A stretch of DNA of 64,000 nucleotides from assembly GCA_034780895.1 (NCBI GenBank), contig JAUZTB010000002.1, forward strand, positions 67,980,390 to 68,044,389, given 5' to 3'. Made by a program: the position numbers and the translations under genes. Origin of the DNA: Rhynchobatus australiae (taxonomy: Eukaryota). Below the pieces are notes generated by a model, which had not been told where the DNA came from, made no database searches, and saw only the letters and a program-made list of their open reading frames with translations. This document shows, piece by piece, positions 37,067 to 49,689 of this stretch; the stretch's first letter is position 1; each line of letters starts with the position of its first letter.

Positions 37067-39714
37067 CACGTTGGATCCACAAACTTTATTGAAGTATTGT
37101 CAATAAGCTATTGAGGCAGAAGACCTGGCCACTGCAAATATGGTCAATATTGAAAGAGGTCTGAACCAGCCAATATTATATGCTGCCCAGTGAAACCGAC
37201 AATGGTTGGTTGATGGACACCTGAACGGAGTCGTTATAACTGCCTGTTAAGAGGCAAAAAAGTGACACCTGGAGCCAATGCCAAATTTTGCAAGGGGGAA
37301 CCTCTTTCAATATTCCCCTTTTGTAGTAGTCCCTCATAAAGGGGGCCACTGGAAGCAGCTACCTTTTATTTCAGTGGGCCAACCACAGCTGCCTATCATT
37401 TTAGCATCCTTACTGTGGCAAGCACCCTTGATCTGCTTCTGGTGGAACAAGTTCCTATCATTGGCAAGCAAATATATGAACTTACACCTAACCCCAACAA
37501 CATCGCTAGGGTTAACAGTAGAGACCAAATTGCATTCAATCAGAAATACCAGGAGCCAATACATTTCAGCAACTAGTACAATTATTTATGTTAGCATTAA
37601 TGAATGTTATTAATGTTTATGTGCAATGAAGTCTTTTCCTCTTTCTGATATTGTGCACTAATCTCTGCAACANNNNNNNNNNNNNNNNNNNNNNNNNNNN
37701 NNNNNNNNNNNNNNNNNNTGATGTATTAAAAACCAAAGTGCATTTAACTAAAGTGTCTTTCCAAGCCAAGAGGGTAATAATTCTGACAGCTGCATTAAAA
37801 AGATAACATTTGTGCTCAGGAATATGTAGGTATAAAACTGTGGAGGCAGTTTCTAGCTTCATACTTCCAAGTTATTCCTATCTTTTTACATTTCTATTGA
37901 TATACATTTAGGGGGTTATTAACATCACATGACAGCAGGGAATCCACTTGGAGTTTATGGTGTGCAGTCGGGACAACTGTCTGGCCTCAATCATCTGAAA
38001 ATCACACACGGCAAGTACTGAAACAAATTCTTTTTCAGAGGAAGCTTTCGTCTGAGGAGTGCAATATCAGAAAGCCACCTCAGGACCCACGCAATGCTGT
38101 GGCAACACAAGGATTATTTTTTTAAAAAAGCAGAATGTTCTCAGGGAGTATTGATGACTGTCCATGGAGGACAATGAGAACCCACAAGTCTTGCTCAGAG
38201 AGCAGCAAGACATCCTCTGTATTCGCCTCAGATGTGGAGCCTTGCCAGGGCTTTACAAATTTAGATTAATTGCTTTATTTAAGGGCTTGACCCTTGTTTC
38301 ATTTCACATTTGTCTTTCTCTCCCCTGCTTCTAACTCCTAACTCTCCTGGTGTCCATACTCTCTTATTCTCGAGCAGCTTCCATGTTCCTTTTTATTGGC
38401 TAGAAATTTACTTTGCTTTTGCTGCTCATTTTCTTTCTTTGGTGCTCCATCTCTTTCCCCCTTTGATCTAATTTTGCCAGATTTATGCCAGCCTCCAGGT
38501 CTTGTCTTTGTTGAAGGAACTCTATCACTTTGTCTTTTGACTCATCCCAGTCATAATAACTCCTACCCCAACTCTTAACTGTTGAAGGCATTTCTCTCCT
38601 TTTTCTGTTTTCATCTCATTTTTGTTGGATGCATCTTTTTATATGTTAGAGGAGAGGGAACAGCCCTTCTAGTTTGTCTTTGATAGGGTGATCCTTCTCC
38701 ATTTTTATCTACCTGTACCCATTATTTTTACCAGAATGAGTCTCATCTCTCTGTCTTCATTTTGCCAATATGACTCCTTTCTCTGTCTCTTGACTTTGCT
38801 GGGCCATCACATTGCTGCTGTTGCATTGCCCTTCACTTCTCCCCCTCTCTATATCTCCCATGGTTGTTTGTAATCTTTCTTTGTTTGGCCACATTCATTT
38901 TTCACTCTTGCTCAAGATTCATTTGATGTGGTTTCAATGGAATCCTTGGGGACCAGCGAGAGTGTTCAGCTAACTTCTCAATAAGGATGAGATGAGAAGC
39001 ATTGCTGCAGAGAGATGAGGCGGGGACTGGGATGAGATCAAGTTGCAAGGCTACAGGAAAATAAGGAGCTGGGGAATAGGAATGGTCGGATCCAGAGACC
39101 TGAGTTCAAATCTTAGAGTTTAAAAACTTCAGCCTGGAAATAAGTGCTGAGGGAGAAGCAGAGACTAAGATTAATAACTAAACAATAAATAGACAGTGGA
39201 AGACCCTCTGCAAAAAGATGCTCTCCAAGCTCTGTAAGGGGACCCTCTGCAAAATAGTAATATAAAGCACAGAAATGAGTTGGAATTTCTTGTCATTTAA
39301 AGCAATGGGTTAAAAATGGGTTTGAAAATCCCAAGGTTGTATGTTTGTTAATTACCTTTCATAGTGCTGTCACATTTGATGCAACCTCTTCAGAGTATTA
39401 TCTTCAATTTTACATGTGATTTTAAGATATTTTCTCCATAACAATTTAAAACAATTGTTGGCAGCTGTCAAACAACCACATTGATTTGCTTCATGATTTT
39501 CATTAAAATGGTAATGTCTGTTTTGAGCTCATTGATGATTTTGGAGATCAAAAGCACTGGCCAAATGGTGGTAGGTTTATTGCATCATCATAAATAGGGT
39601 GTGCCATTCGTGTAATAACATTCATCTTCTAAGGCCTTTTATAATAACAAGCAATGCCTTGATACTCAAAGACAATGCAGCAAATGCATAGAGCCCACAT
39701 GTTGCGTTGAATAT

Positions 39715-40090
39715 ATTGGCAGTCCCTGGAGATCGACGACGACTTGCTTCTCTTCAAGTTTTATAGGTTCAACATGGCTAATGAAGCCAATGTGGGAACC
39801 ACAAGTTCTTCCATAGATGGGACAGGAGGTACCTGATAGGACAGGCAAATAGGTTGTGAGGTGGTGTGCTCCTGTGGCTGTTTACTCAAGCCTCCCAATC
39901 CATGAACTCAAGGTTCTGAATGTTCCTTCTCCAGTTTAAGTGGTTATGGGCCGGAGAGTCCCAGGAGCCAGTGAGGCTGTTGCTTTTTCTCGATAAGGCT
40001 TTAAGCACATCCTTGAATCTTTTCTCTGTCTGCCTGGTAATCTTCTTCTCCCATGAGGGAGCTTGCAATAGAGCGTCTGTTTGGAGTTTA
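39715..40090 (-). mobile_element. RTE-clade LINE 3' end
   Basis: RQTEKRFKDVLKALSRK…SWDSPAHNHLNWRRNI and a C-terminal C2H2-like remnant SCPIYGRTCGSHIGFISH. Confidence 0.8.
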
Positions 40091-40269
40091 AAGGTCCACA
40101 ATTCATCTATTAGCTTATAAGTTACTGAGCCTGCATTGGTTTCCCTTTTTTTTTTGATTCTGCCTTATGATTTCATCATATTAGGCTGCTTTTTCAAATC
40201 TCAACTACAAATTTGGAAGGGTGGTCAGACAGAATGCTCCTGATTATTTGCTAAATCTTTGCTCCCACC

Positions 40270-40330
40270 ATCGGCACAGCTTTGTGGGCCGAAGGGCCTG
40301 AATTGTGCCGTAGTTTTTCTATGTTCTATC
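40270..40330 (+). mobile_element. Very short CR1 3' tail
   Basis: ggcacagctttgtgggccgaagggcctg…ttctatgttctat. Confidence 0.7.
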
Positions 40331-40714
40331 TAGTCCACCACTAATTTCTACTGGGAGTCAGAACCCTAACAGGGAAATGATACCAGAGTGGTAAAATTGC
40401 TCAAAGTTTATTGCCCACTCAGGACCACAACTTCACCACCTCTCCTGTCCAACACTGCCCAGCCCCACTCCCACCTCCCCACCTCAGAGAGCCAGAATAA
40501 TATTAAGCCAAAGATTCAAAATTAATTGTAAACTGTTCACATTTAAATACTGTGTGTATTTCACTGGAGAATTATGGAGGTTTAAAGAAGGAAAGAATAT
40601 AACACCAATGCACCCCCAAATTTTCTGATATTGAGGGACATTTGAAAATTAATAACTGTTGGCATGTGCTAATATACATATGCCAAGGTTTCACAGAAAT
40701 ACAACAAGTAATTA

Positions 40715-40818
40715 CCTGAAACGAAAACAAAAAGTGCTAGGAAAAACTGAGAAAGTCGGACAACATCTGTGGAATGAGAAACACTCAATGCTTCAGGTCT
40801 GAGGCCCTTCGTCAGAAT
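40715..40818 (-). mobile_element. Penelope-derived tail with hammerhead-like core
   Basis: Minus strand CTGACGA-agggcctcagacct-GAAG…ttccacagatgttgtccgac. Confidence 0.7.
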
Positions 40819-40909
40819 TTTCAAATAATCACCTAGTCAGTTTTAATTCTGGCATAGACATGGTGGCCTTGCTACAAATTCCTATGAATCTTAGATTCGG
40901 AGATTCTGG

Positions 40910-41165
40910 CTAATTTCTGTTGATTGATGGATAAATGCTGAGCAAAATACTAAAAAAAAATCATTTCTTTCTCAGTAATGACTAGTGACCTCTTACATTC
41001 ATCTGAGAGGTCAGACATAACCTTATTTTATCCCGTCATCCAAATGGCAGCAGATAGTGTTATTTAGTATCACGAATTCTCTGCTGAAGTGTCACCTCAG
41101 ATAAAGCATTTGCCTTAAGCCCTCAAACCTCTGAAACACAGGTAATCAAGCAACCATAGAGCCAG
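40910..41165 (-). mobile_element. Deu/SacSINE1-type SINE, 5' part (old)
   Basis: tcttacattcatctgagaggtcagac…cgtcatccaaatggcagca, resembling the Deu domain. Confidence 0.5.
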
Positions 41166-41204
41166 GCTTGTTACCTTCAGTCTCAGATCAATATAAAAGG
41201 TTGT

Positions 41205-41485
41205 ATGCAAAAAAAACCAAACTGCTGGTGTAACTCAGCAGGTCGAGCAGTATCTGTAGAGGCAAAAGGATGCTTGCTGTTTCCAGTCGAGACCCTGCAT
41301 CAGGACTGAGAGTGTAGAGGGAGGATCACCATTATAAAGAGGTGAGAAGGAAGGGTGGGAAAGGGGCTGATGGGTGATGGGGGAACCATGTGAATGGGGG
41401 ATGATGTGCAGGTGGAGCTAGGTTACTGGGGTGGGGGTGGTTTAGAGGCAGAGACTGGTGGGTGATAGGTGGAAACAGCTAAGGA
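41205..41485 (-). mobile_element. Penelope-like terminal repeat with hammerhead-like core
   Basis: Minus strand cagtc-CTGATGC-agggtctcgactg-GAAA-cagc, next to a purine-rich tract that is the complement of the tract at 3440-3660. Confidence 0.75.
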
Positions 41486-41524
41486 TTGCTTGATCATTTT
41501 CAAAGGTATGTAGACAAGTTATAA

Positions 41525-41720
41525 CAGAGTTCTGACTGATATTTATTCCTTAACATCACTAAAACAAATTATCTAGCTATTATCACCTTGCTGTTTGCAG
41601 AATCTTGCTGCATGCAAATTGGCTTTTGTATGTTCTATACTACAAACACTAAAATGTACTTTTTCAACCATAAGGCAAGTTGAGGCATCAAGAAAAGCAG
41701 TGTATAAATGCTAGTCTTTT
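41525..41720 (+). mobile_element. Deu/SacSINE1-type SINE, 3' part
   Basis: tgctgtttgcagaatcttgctgcatgcaaattggct…gtgtataaatgctagtctttt. Confidence 0.65.
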
Positions 41721-43027
41721 TATGCTTTATCTGGCATTCTGCAATGCATTGCAGAGGTAATTTATAAATACCTTCAAACATTTGTGAATTTCATGATAAA
41801 ATTTGAAGTCTTTTGTAACTCCCCACATCCTTGTATGAAAAGAAGGATTTTGTTTATCAATTGTTTACTCTACAGAACAGAATGCTTTCAACACGATGTC
41901 TGGATGTAGTGCACGTCCCAAGGTCAAATATTGTATGAGTCACCAGTAAAAGCAGAGCCATCTTTACCACATCACTGCTGCACTATATAACTGCTTGGTA
42001 TGGTTGCATTTTGCCAAGCTTAGAACACTTCAGAAATGTTATCCTATCAGTCATATTCATACTAAGATTGCTAAATTCATTTCTCTTGCAACGTTTAGCA
42101 GTCATCTAAGATAATTTATCACTATTTGATTCACTGCTACTGAATCTGAACTTGGTTTCTGAGAGGTTAAAACAGTGATATTTGTCATTAATGCAGATTG
42201 CAAATTCCCTCAATGCGGTTTGTTAATTGGCAGAGTGGAAGTGAATTAATAGCAGCTTTCACAGAAAATGCCATTAAACAAACTAGGTTAAGGGTCATTT
42301 TGTTGATGCCATATTATACGTTCATCATTTGCTTCTGGAACTAATCAGTGATCTAAGGCACAGCCCTGATCCAAACAGGCAGCTATTGGGATTGTGTAAT
42401 TGTACAAGCTATTCTCCCTCTGAAAATATCGAAAGATGGTTAACAAACCATGCCCTATACCTTTCTGGAAAAGGATACTTCGTGGTAGAGCACTTGTTCA
42501 GCTACTTCATGGGAGACCTAGTATTCACTTGCATAGAATTCTGCAGCAGGTGAGCAGATTCATAGGGATAGTATTACCTCTTGCACTAAAGTGTATGTCC
42601 TGAGACCAGCTTTGGGAGGACAGAAGCCAGCCATGGAGTAGTGGAGAAGGCTGTCAGATGCACCACAAGAGGATGCAGGTCAAAGGTTGGCTCTGGCATT
42701 TCTGGAGATGATAGACAGTTGTTCTAATATTTTTAAAGCTACATTTTGACAACAATGGCTGCTGGACATGCCCTGCTGTGAGGTGAACAGGTTAGGAAAT
42801 GGCCCCCTGCAATTCCCAGTTAGTTTGATGAGATGTCATTGCGGGTGCATTCCCCATGTTGTTGAAGATTCCAAATCCCTAAACTTCAAAACTGAAGCAG
42901 GGTGAACGGCAGACTTTTAGACAGGGTGCATCCCAACATAACTGGCACAGCTGGACCCATGGGGATTTCATTGTATTTCATGTCTAAAATTTGTTTGAAA
43001 TGGGAACGTTAAGTCAAAATGATAAAA

Positions 43028-43372
43028 GTCATACAGAACAGAAACAGGCCCTTCAGACCGTGATGTCCGTGCCAACATTGTACTTATCTGTACTCGTCCC
43101 ATTCATCCACATTTGGTCTATAGCCTTCTGTGCTTTGGCAATTCAAGTGCATGTCTAGAAGCTTCTTTAAATGTTGTGGGAGTACCTGCCTTCATCATCT
43201 TCCTTAGACAACACCTTCCATATTCCAACCACACTCTCCCTCAGATCCCCTCTCAACTATTTACCTCTCGCATGATATCTGTGCCTCTTGTTTTGAACAC
43301 CCTTACCACACTTTTTTTGCTCCCTACCTTATCTATCCCCCTTATAATTTTCTATACCTCTATCAGGTCACC
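43028..43372 (-). mobile_element. CR1 3' end
   Basis: catacagaacagaaacaggcccttcag…tatacctctatcaggtcacc. Confidence 0.8.
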
Positions 43373-43989
43373 TGGATTCCTGGAATTCCATTTTGGGAGC
43401 AGTAACAGCACTAAGCTGTGATGTACAAGAAGAAATGAAATAGCAACAGCAGTCAATCATTTGGCCCTTCAAGCCTGCTTAATGATATGGTTCCTTTTCA
43501 CAAGTGTTGCGTGGTCGTCTTGCATTTGGTACTGTCCCATTAAGTCTTTGCCTTATTAAGCAGGCTGCTAATCAACAATCCTCCCTGAAAAATGACAGTG
43601 ACACTTTATTTCAGCTGACACAGTTGATCTCTGTCCCATTCACAGTGGAAAACCTGCTTCTAAATTGTGGGCAAGCTGCAATTTATACATTAAGTGAAAA
43701 CAAAAGCTGAAGTATACACTTATATCATCATGGGCAGAATAACTCAGCAATCAGGCCTTGATCTGACTCCCACATTTACTTCAACCATAAGGTGTGAAAG
43801 CTTCCTGTAGGAGGCTATCTCACCCTGGTACAGTAACTTGCCCTCTGACTGCTCAATGTGAACCCGTTGCTGCTGCACTGGATCTCAATGGAAGGTTATA
43901 AATTTGAGACTGTTAGTAAAGGTGTAAAATGCTTCCCAACTACTTTCTCATGATGTGGAAAAATAGAAAGTCCTGAACTAATATAATAC

Positions 43990-44300
43990 CTCTTATATAA
44001 TCTTGAAGTGCTTTACAGCCGACTAAGTATTTTGGAAGTGCTGTCAATGCTGTAATGTAGAAAATGTGGCAGCTAATTTGCATGTAGCAAATTCACACAG
44101 ACAGCAATGTGATAAAGACCAAATGATCTGTATTAGTAATGCTGGGGTAAGAATAAATATTAGGCAAGATACCCGAGTTAAACCTCCTCCTCCTTCAGAA
44201 CAACATCTAAGTTTTATTTTTAACACCTGAGGAGCTATAAGGGGTGAAATTGTGTGTTTGATTTGGAAAGACAGTACTTCACTTCCTCAATCAATGCAAT
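43990..44300 (-). mobile_element. Deu/SacSINE1-type SINE
   Basis: aagtgctttacagcc…tgtaatgtagaaaatgtggcagctaatttgca…cagcaatgtgataaagacc. Confidence 0.8.
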
Positions 44301-44674
44301 TCTGGACTCATTCATCCAAACTATTGAGCAGGTTATGAGTTGAGGATATAACTCTTTTTAAAAACCCATTTTCAGTTACAATCGCAGAGTAGTGGATTAG
44401 AAGTGCAATCGTTGAAGTATTGCATTGTCTCCATTTTAGCTGGTCATGAAGCCAGTAGAATATGTCTAGTCTCCATGGCAGTGATGTATTATATTTCAAT
44501 GAAGCTTCAGGACTTGTGGAGATTTGCACAAGAATATCAACAGTATTTTGGCTTGGGGTTTTCACTGTGACTCATTTGCAATCTTTGGTGGGATGTGCAA
44601 TCTTCAAAATGAAAATAAGAACAATTGCAAAGGAAATTATTTTAGCATTGCAGAATGAACAAGAAAGAAAAATC

Positions 44675-45424
44675 NNNNNNNNNNNNNNNNNNNNNNNNNN
44701 NNNNNNNNNNNNNNNNNNNNNNNNNNNNNNNNNNNNNNNNNNNNNNNNNNNNNNNNNNNNNNNNNNNNNNNNNNNNNNNNNNNNNNNNNNNNNNNNNNNN
44801 NNNNNNNNNNNNNNNNNNNNNNNNNNNNNNNNNNNNNNNNNNNNNNNNNNNNNNNNNNNNNNNNNNNNNNNNNNNNNNNNNNNNNNNNNNNNNNNNNNNN
44901 NNNNNNNNNNNNNNNNNNNNNNNNNNNNNNNNNNNNNNNNNNNNNNNNNNNNNNNNNNNNNNNNNNNNNNNNNNNNNNNNNNNNNNNNNNNNNNNNNNNN
45001 NNNNNNNNNNNNNNNNNNNNNNNNNNNNNNNNNNNNNNNNNNNNNNNNNNNNNNNNNNNNNNNNNNNNNNNNNNNNNNNNNNNNNNNNNNNNNNNNNNNN
45101 NNNNNNNNNNNNNNNNNNNNNNNNNNNNNNNNNNNNNNNNNNNNNNNNNNNNNNNNNNNNNNNNNNNNNNNNNNNNNNNNNNNNNNNNNNNNNNNNNNNN
45201 NNNNNNNNNNNNNNNNNNNNNNNNNNNNNNNNNNNNNNNNNNNNNNNNNNNNNNNNNNNNNNNNNNNNNNNNNNNNNNNNNNNNNNNNNNNNNNNNNNNN
45301 NNNNNNNNNNNNNNNNNNNNNNNNNNNNNNNNNNNNNNNNNNNNNNNNNNNNNNNNNNNNNNNNNNNNNNNNNNNNNNNNNNNNNNNNNNNNNNNNNNNN
45401 NNNNNNNNNNNNNNNNNNNNNNNN
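44675..45424. other. Largest assembly gap (N-run); other large gaps at 5502-5956, 8641-9148 and 54220-54451
   Basis: Runs of n in the sequence. Confidence 0.99.
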
Positions 45425-46917
45425 AATATCACTGCACGTAGTCTGAGTCCTAACTCCCTCAGTGTACCAAAATTAACACCTTTTTTAACATGGTTGTATT
45501 AAGTTTATTTCCACTTTATTTTGGTGGGGCCATTAACTTACAGCACCCTGCAGAAATTAAAATCCTTCAAGTTTATATTCCACGCCTTTCTAATCGTTGA
45601 GTATCAAAGACCTCCAAGCTGTTTGGGCGAGACCCCAAATCTTAGTGGCTGAAGGTCTTGGCCATACAGATATTGAACTGAGCTGTCGACGTAATGGATC
45701 TCATTCAACTGTGAACACTTTTGCAGGAGGTGAAGCCAGTCAATAATCTGCAAGTATAACTGCACAATTCCCACTAGTGACATGATTTTGTGTTAACAGA
45801 ACCGGCCGTTAAGCTGACTCTTCCTTGTTGATTACCCATTGGTGATGCTCAAAATCATAAGCTGCAATTTTACAGGTTTGCACCATAGAGCTTCAGCTTT
45901 TATGCCTACATTCCATGTTTCATTGTCAGTGCTGCAGGCCTTCAGATTAGTTCTGAGGGTGTCTTTGTGCTACTTGTTTTACCTGATTTGGAAAGCTGTC
46001 TTTGAGGTTGACTGTATAGTAAAATCTTTGGAATGCATAAATCATCTGTATATTCAATGTGACAAACTCAGTGTGGCTGTACTGAACCAAGCATCACTTC
46101 AATACCATCAATGCTGCACATCTCACAAACAACTCCACAAGGTCAAGCTTCTGGAACATATTAAACTGTAGCTGTGTGTCTGAACTGACCATCAGTGGAA
46201 TTCCCATGAATTGTGACAGTGTTTTTATTTGATCTTGTTCTGTAGTAGCCCTATTTTTGCATTGTTATTGTTGCAGTCTGCATGATAATTGACCCAAGTC
46301 CAGATACGCCACGTGTGAAATTATGTTTATTTATCAATTCATTAATGCAGAACAGCTACCCCTCGCTGCTACACTGGCGTACCTGTGCCCAAACCTATGG
46401 AGTGGGATTGGGACCCAGAACCTTCAGTATGCTGAGAAAAATGCCACTTACTGGGCAGGAAAAGAACACCCCTCTCAGTGTGAGGTCTTTGCAAGAAGAT
46501 GCTTTATCGGCAGATGGCACACCTCCAGCTCAATAGTTACTGCATGTGTGGGGGAAGTGGGTTGGGAAGCAAATATCTACAAAATCAGCAGAAAACTGTT
46601 ATAGGGCAGCTTTCAAAAAATATTGGGCTAGATCGTGTTGGATTTTGCTACTGCGGCAATTGGAACTGTCAGCATCCATTCTAATAGCACTTGTGACTTA
46701 CAGCTGTGAAACATGGTCTAGGGCAGATCGCTCCAGCACTAGCCATCATGTGAAACCCAGTCTAACTGGGATTCCCCAGCATTGTACAGGGGAATCACCT
46801 CTCTGATCCTGTGAGTTTGTCTTCTTTTGACTTCTGCCTTCTCAGTTGCTGAACTGACAACAACAGTTTCAAAAACTGTACAGTAAAATTTAAAAAAAAA
46901 AACCCTGAACAAGCCAT

Positions 46918-47570
46918 CACAGGGTGGTGAGGAAAGCTTTTAACATGCTGGCCTTCATCAGTTGGCATTGAGTATAGAGGCTGAGGTGTTATTTTGCTGT
47001 TGTACAAGACATTAATTAGGCCGCACTTCGAGTATTGTGTTCTGTTTCAGTCACCCTGCTTTAGATGCTATTAAGCTGAAAAGAGTGCAAAGAAGGTTTA
47101 CGAGGATGTTGCCAGGACCTGAATGATTGAGCTATGGAGCAAGGTTGGGCAGGTTAGGACTTTATTCCATGGAGCATAGGAGACTGAGGGCGATCTAAAA
47201 GAGGTATATCAAATCATGAGGGGCATAGATAGGGTGAATGCACACAGTCTTTTTTTTCCCCCAAGGTTGGAGAATCAAGAACTGGAGGGCACAGGTTTAA
47301 GATGAGAGGGGAAAAATTTAATAGAAACCTGAGGATCAACTTCCTCACACAGAGGGTGGCGCATATACAGAGCGAGCTACCAGAGGAAGTAGTTGAGCAG
47401 TACGATAACAACATTTAAAAAGCATTTGGATAAGTACATGAATAGGAAAGGTTTAGAGGGATGGCAAATGCTGAAGAATGGGACTAGCTTAGATGGGCAT
47501 CTTGGTCAGCATGAACAAGTTGGGCCGAAGGGCCTGTTTTCTGTGCTGTATGACTATGATTCCATGAATC
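46918..47570 (+). mobile_element. CR1 3' end
   Basis: LYKTLIRPHFEYCVLF…RRFTRMLPG, tail ttgggccgaagggcctgttttctgtgctgtatgactatgattc. Confidence 0.9.
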
Positions 47571-47899
47571 TTTGACACTATTGCCATATGCCAGTCAGAT
47601 CTTGAGTGGGGGAAAGATCAGGTAATAAAAATGAAGGCTGGGTAAGGTCAAAAACCTTGGGTTATTTAAAGAAAGGAAGAACTAATCTTTCCCAAACACT
47701 TCTGCAGCAGTGCTCTTACAGCTTTTTGCCTGCCTATTTTGTAAATGCTTTCCTCCTCACCCACTTCCCCCACACGTGCAGAACCGATCCAGCTGGAGGC
47801 GCGCAGTCTGCTGTGTCTATCTTGATTTTTGGCTGAGAGGATCCTGTCTTTCTTATTTTATTACTTCAGTAGAAGTTGGCCTTTTGGCCACTAAGTCTG

Positions 47900-48147
47900 C
47901 TGGTTCCCAACAGAGCCCATCAACTGCCCCCTTTTTTTTAAATCTTTCTGTCACTTACCTGTACTAAAGGGTAACTTAACAGCAACCAATTAATCTATCA
48001 GTTCATCTATCAGATGTTGAAGGAAATCAGAGCACCCAGAGAAACCACACAATGAGAATTTGCAAACTCCACGCAGACAGCTTCAAATGTCAGGATCAAA
48101 CCCAGGTCCTTGAGCTGTTAGGCAGCAGCACTAAATGCTGTGCCACT
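47900..48147 (-). mobile_element. Degenerate V-SINE
   Basis: ggaaatcagagcacccagagaaacc…tgcaaactccacgcagacag…ggcagcagcactaaatgctgtgccac. Confidence 0.75.
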
Positions 48148-48174
48148 GTTTGCATTCTGGACTCTGAAAATTTC

Positions 48175-48605
48175 AAGTTAGAGTCCTACTTCAGAGATTT
48201 GACCACAGAACACCACACTGACACTCCTGTGTAGTGATGATGCTGTATGTTGGAATTTGTGGCTTTCAGTTAAAGCAGTACCCCCATCTTCTCCCTCGAG
48301 GACAATGTTTTCTCTGACACTGTTTTGAAGATGAACAAGATCTGGGGTGCGGTTGATGGCTGGGATACTCCCAATATCCTGGCCTATACTTATCTCTCAG
48401 AAAACATTTCTAAAATCAAACAATTATCCGATTATTATTATGTTATTGTTTGTGGGAGCTTGCTATGTATAAATTGGCTGCCATGTTTCCTACATTAAAA
48501 TAGTAGTTACATTTCAAAAGTAATTCCTTCACTGGCTGTAAGGTATTTTGGGGATGATCTGAAAAGATGATGTGAAAGGTGCTGTATAAATGTAAGTCTT
48601 CTCTT
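48175..48605 (+). mobile_element. Deu/SacSINE1-type SINE, near full length
   Basis: ctgacactcctgtgtagt…tgtttgtgggagcttgctatgtataaattggctgccatgtttcctacatt…gtgaaaggtgctgtataaatgtaagtctt. Confidence 0.8.
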
Positions 48606-49499
48606 TCCTTCTAAATGATTTTGTGCATCCTTTCTGAACTTGGAACATGAGACTCTTGTGTCCCTTATCTATCCTTCTCACTGACCCTGACTTCAATGGC
48701 TTTTTAAAGAGTAGAAGCACAAAATCATTATTCAACTAACTGCCCAAACCCTATTCACCCCTTCCTATCCCTTGTCAAGTTCCAAAGGAAACCTTTTAGT
48801 ATATCCAAGACCTGTACTTTTTATAGAATGTGGTGATAACCCATGTCACTGTAACACTGACTATGTGAAATGTTCCATGAGTATATAAATAACCTGAAGT
48901 GAACATGCACAGAATTCTCTCAGATAAGGCAGATGATGAAACACAATTGATAAATCAAAAAGTAAATTTCAGCTACTGAGGTAAATAGAGTTTCTGCAAA
49001 CAGGGACGTCAGTCTTTTCAACACATGAGCCTTTCAAGCATGCGTGTATTAGCTGACTGAAAGGATGAGCTGTTCACTGAGCAGGAAAGCAGTGTCCTTC
49101 TGTTTGTCCATCAGCATGGAGATGAATACAGCCACAATCCACAGCCCAGTGCCGCTTGATGCTGCTAATTGGTATTTACAAATCACGCAACCTGCATGAG
49201 GGCACCTTGTGACACAGATGAAAGCCAGCAGAGCAAGATTGTATCATGTGAGTTAGAAAGAAAAATAATTACACATGCAGTGCAGTGACATGAGATACCA
49301 TCAACTTCTCTGAGAAATCCAGGCATAGAATTTACGAGTGTTCTCCACTGACTCAGGATAATCCAAATCAGGCCTGCAAGGAGAGGGACGTACACCTGCA
49401 CCTTAAAGGCCCACGATAACAAGAAGACAGAGCCAGCAATGGGTCCAAGAACAAATCTTTCCCAGTTGACCTGGCATTTTAAAAAAAAGTCTGCAATAG

Positions 49500-49689
49500 T
49501 GTAATAGCAGCCAGTTTCATAGAGTTGATAAGTTCTATCACTATTAACAATAACTAGGAGACTCCAGGAGCTTCTGAATATGTGTATACTTTATTGAAGA
49601 CTAACAATGGCCTACTATATGTACTTATATCATGTGTATGACATCATTAAACACACACTCACACCTCATTTACATGCTTGTATACCACA
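49500..49689 (-). repeat. Putative 3' LTR (about 190 bp)
   Basis: Begins TGTGGTA immediately after the PPT, ends TATTACA, and contains AATAAA near 49590-49596. Confidence 0.6.

Noticed and set aside
44462-45502. Longest ORFs (346, 286 and 263 aa; likewise those at 5320-6006, 8525-9324 and 54062-54571)
   Set aside because: Their length comes from reading through N-runs, so they carry no coding evidence.
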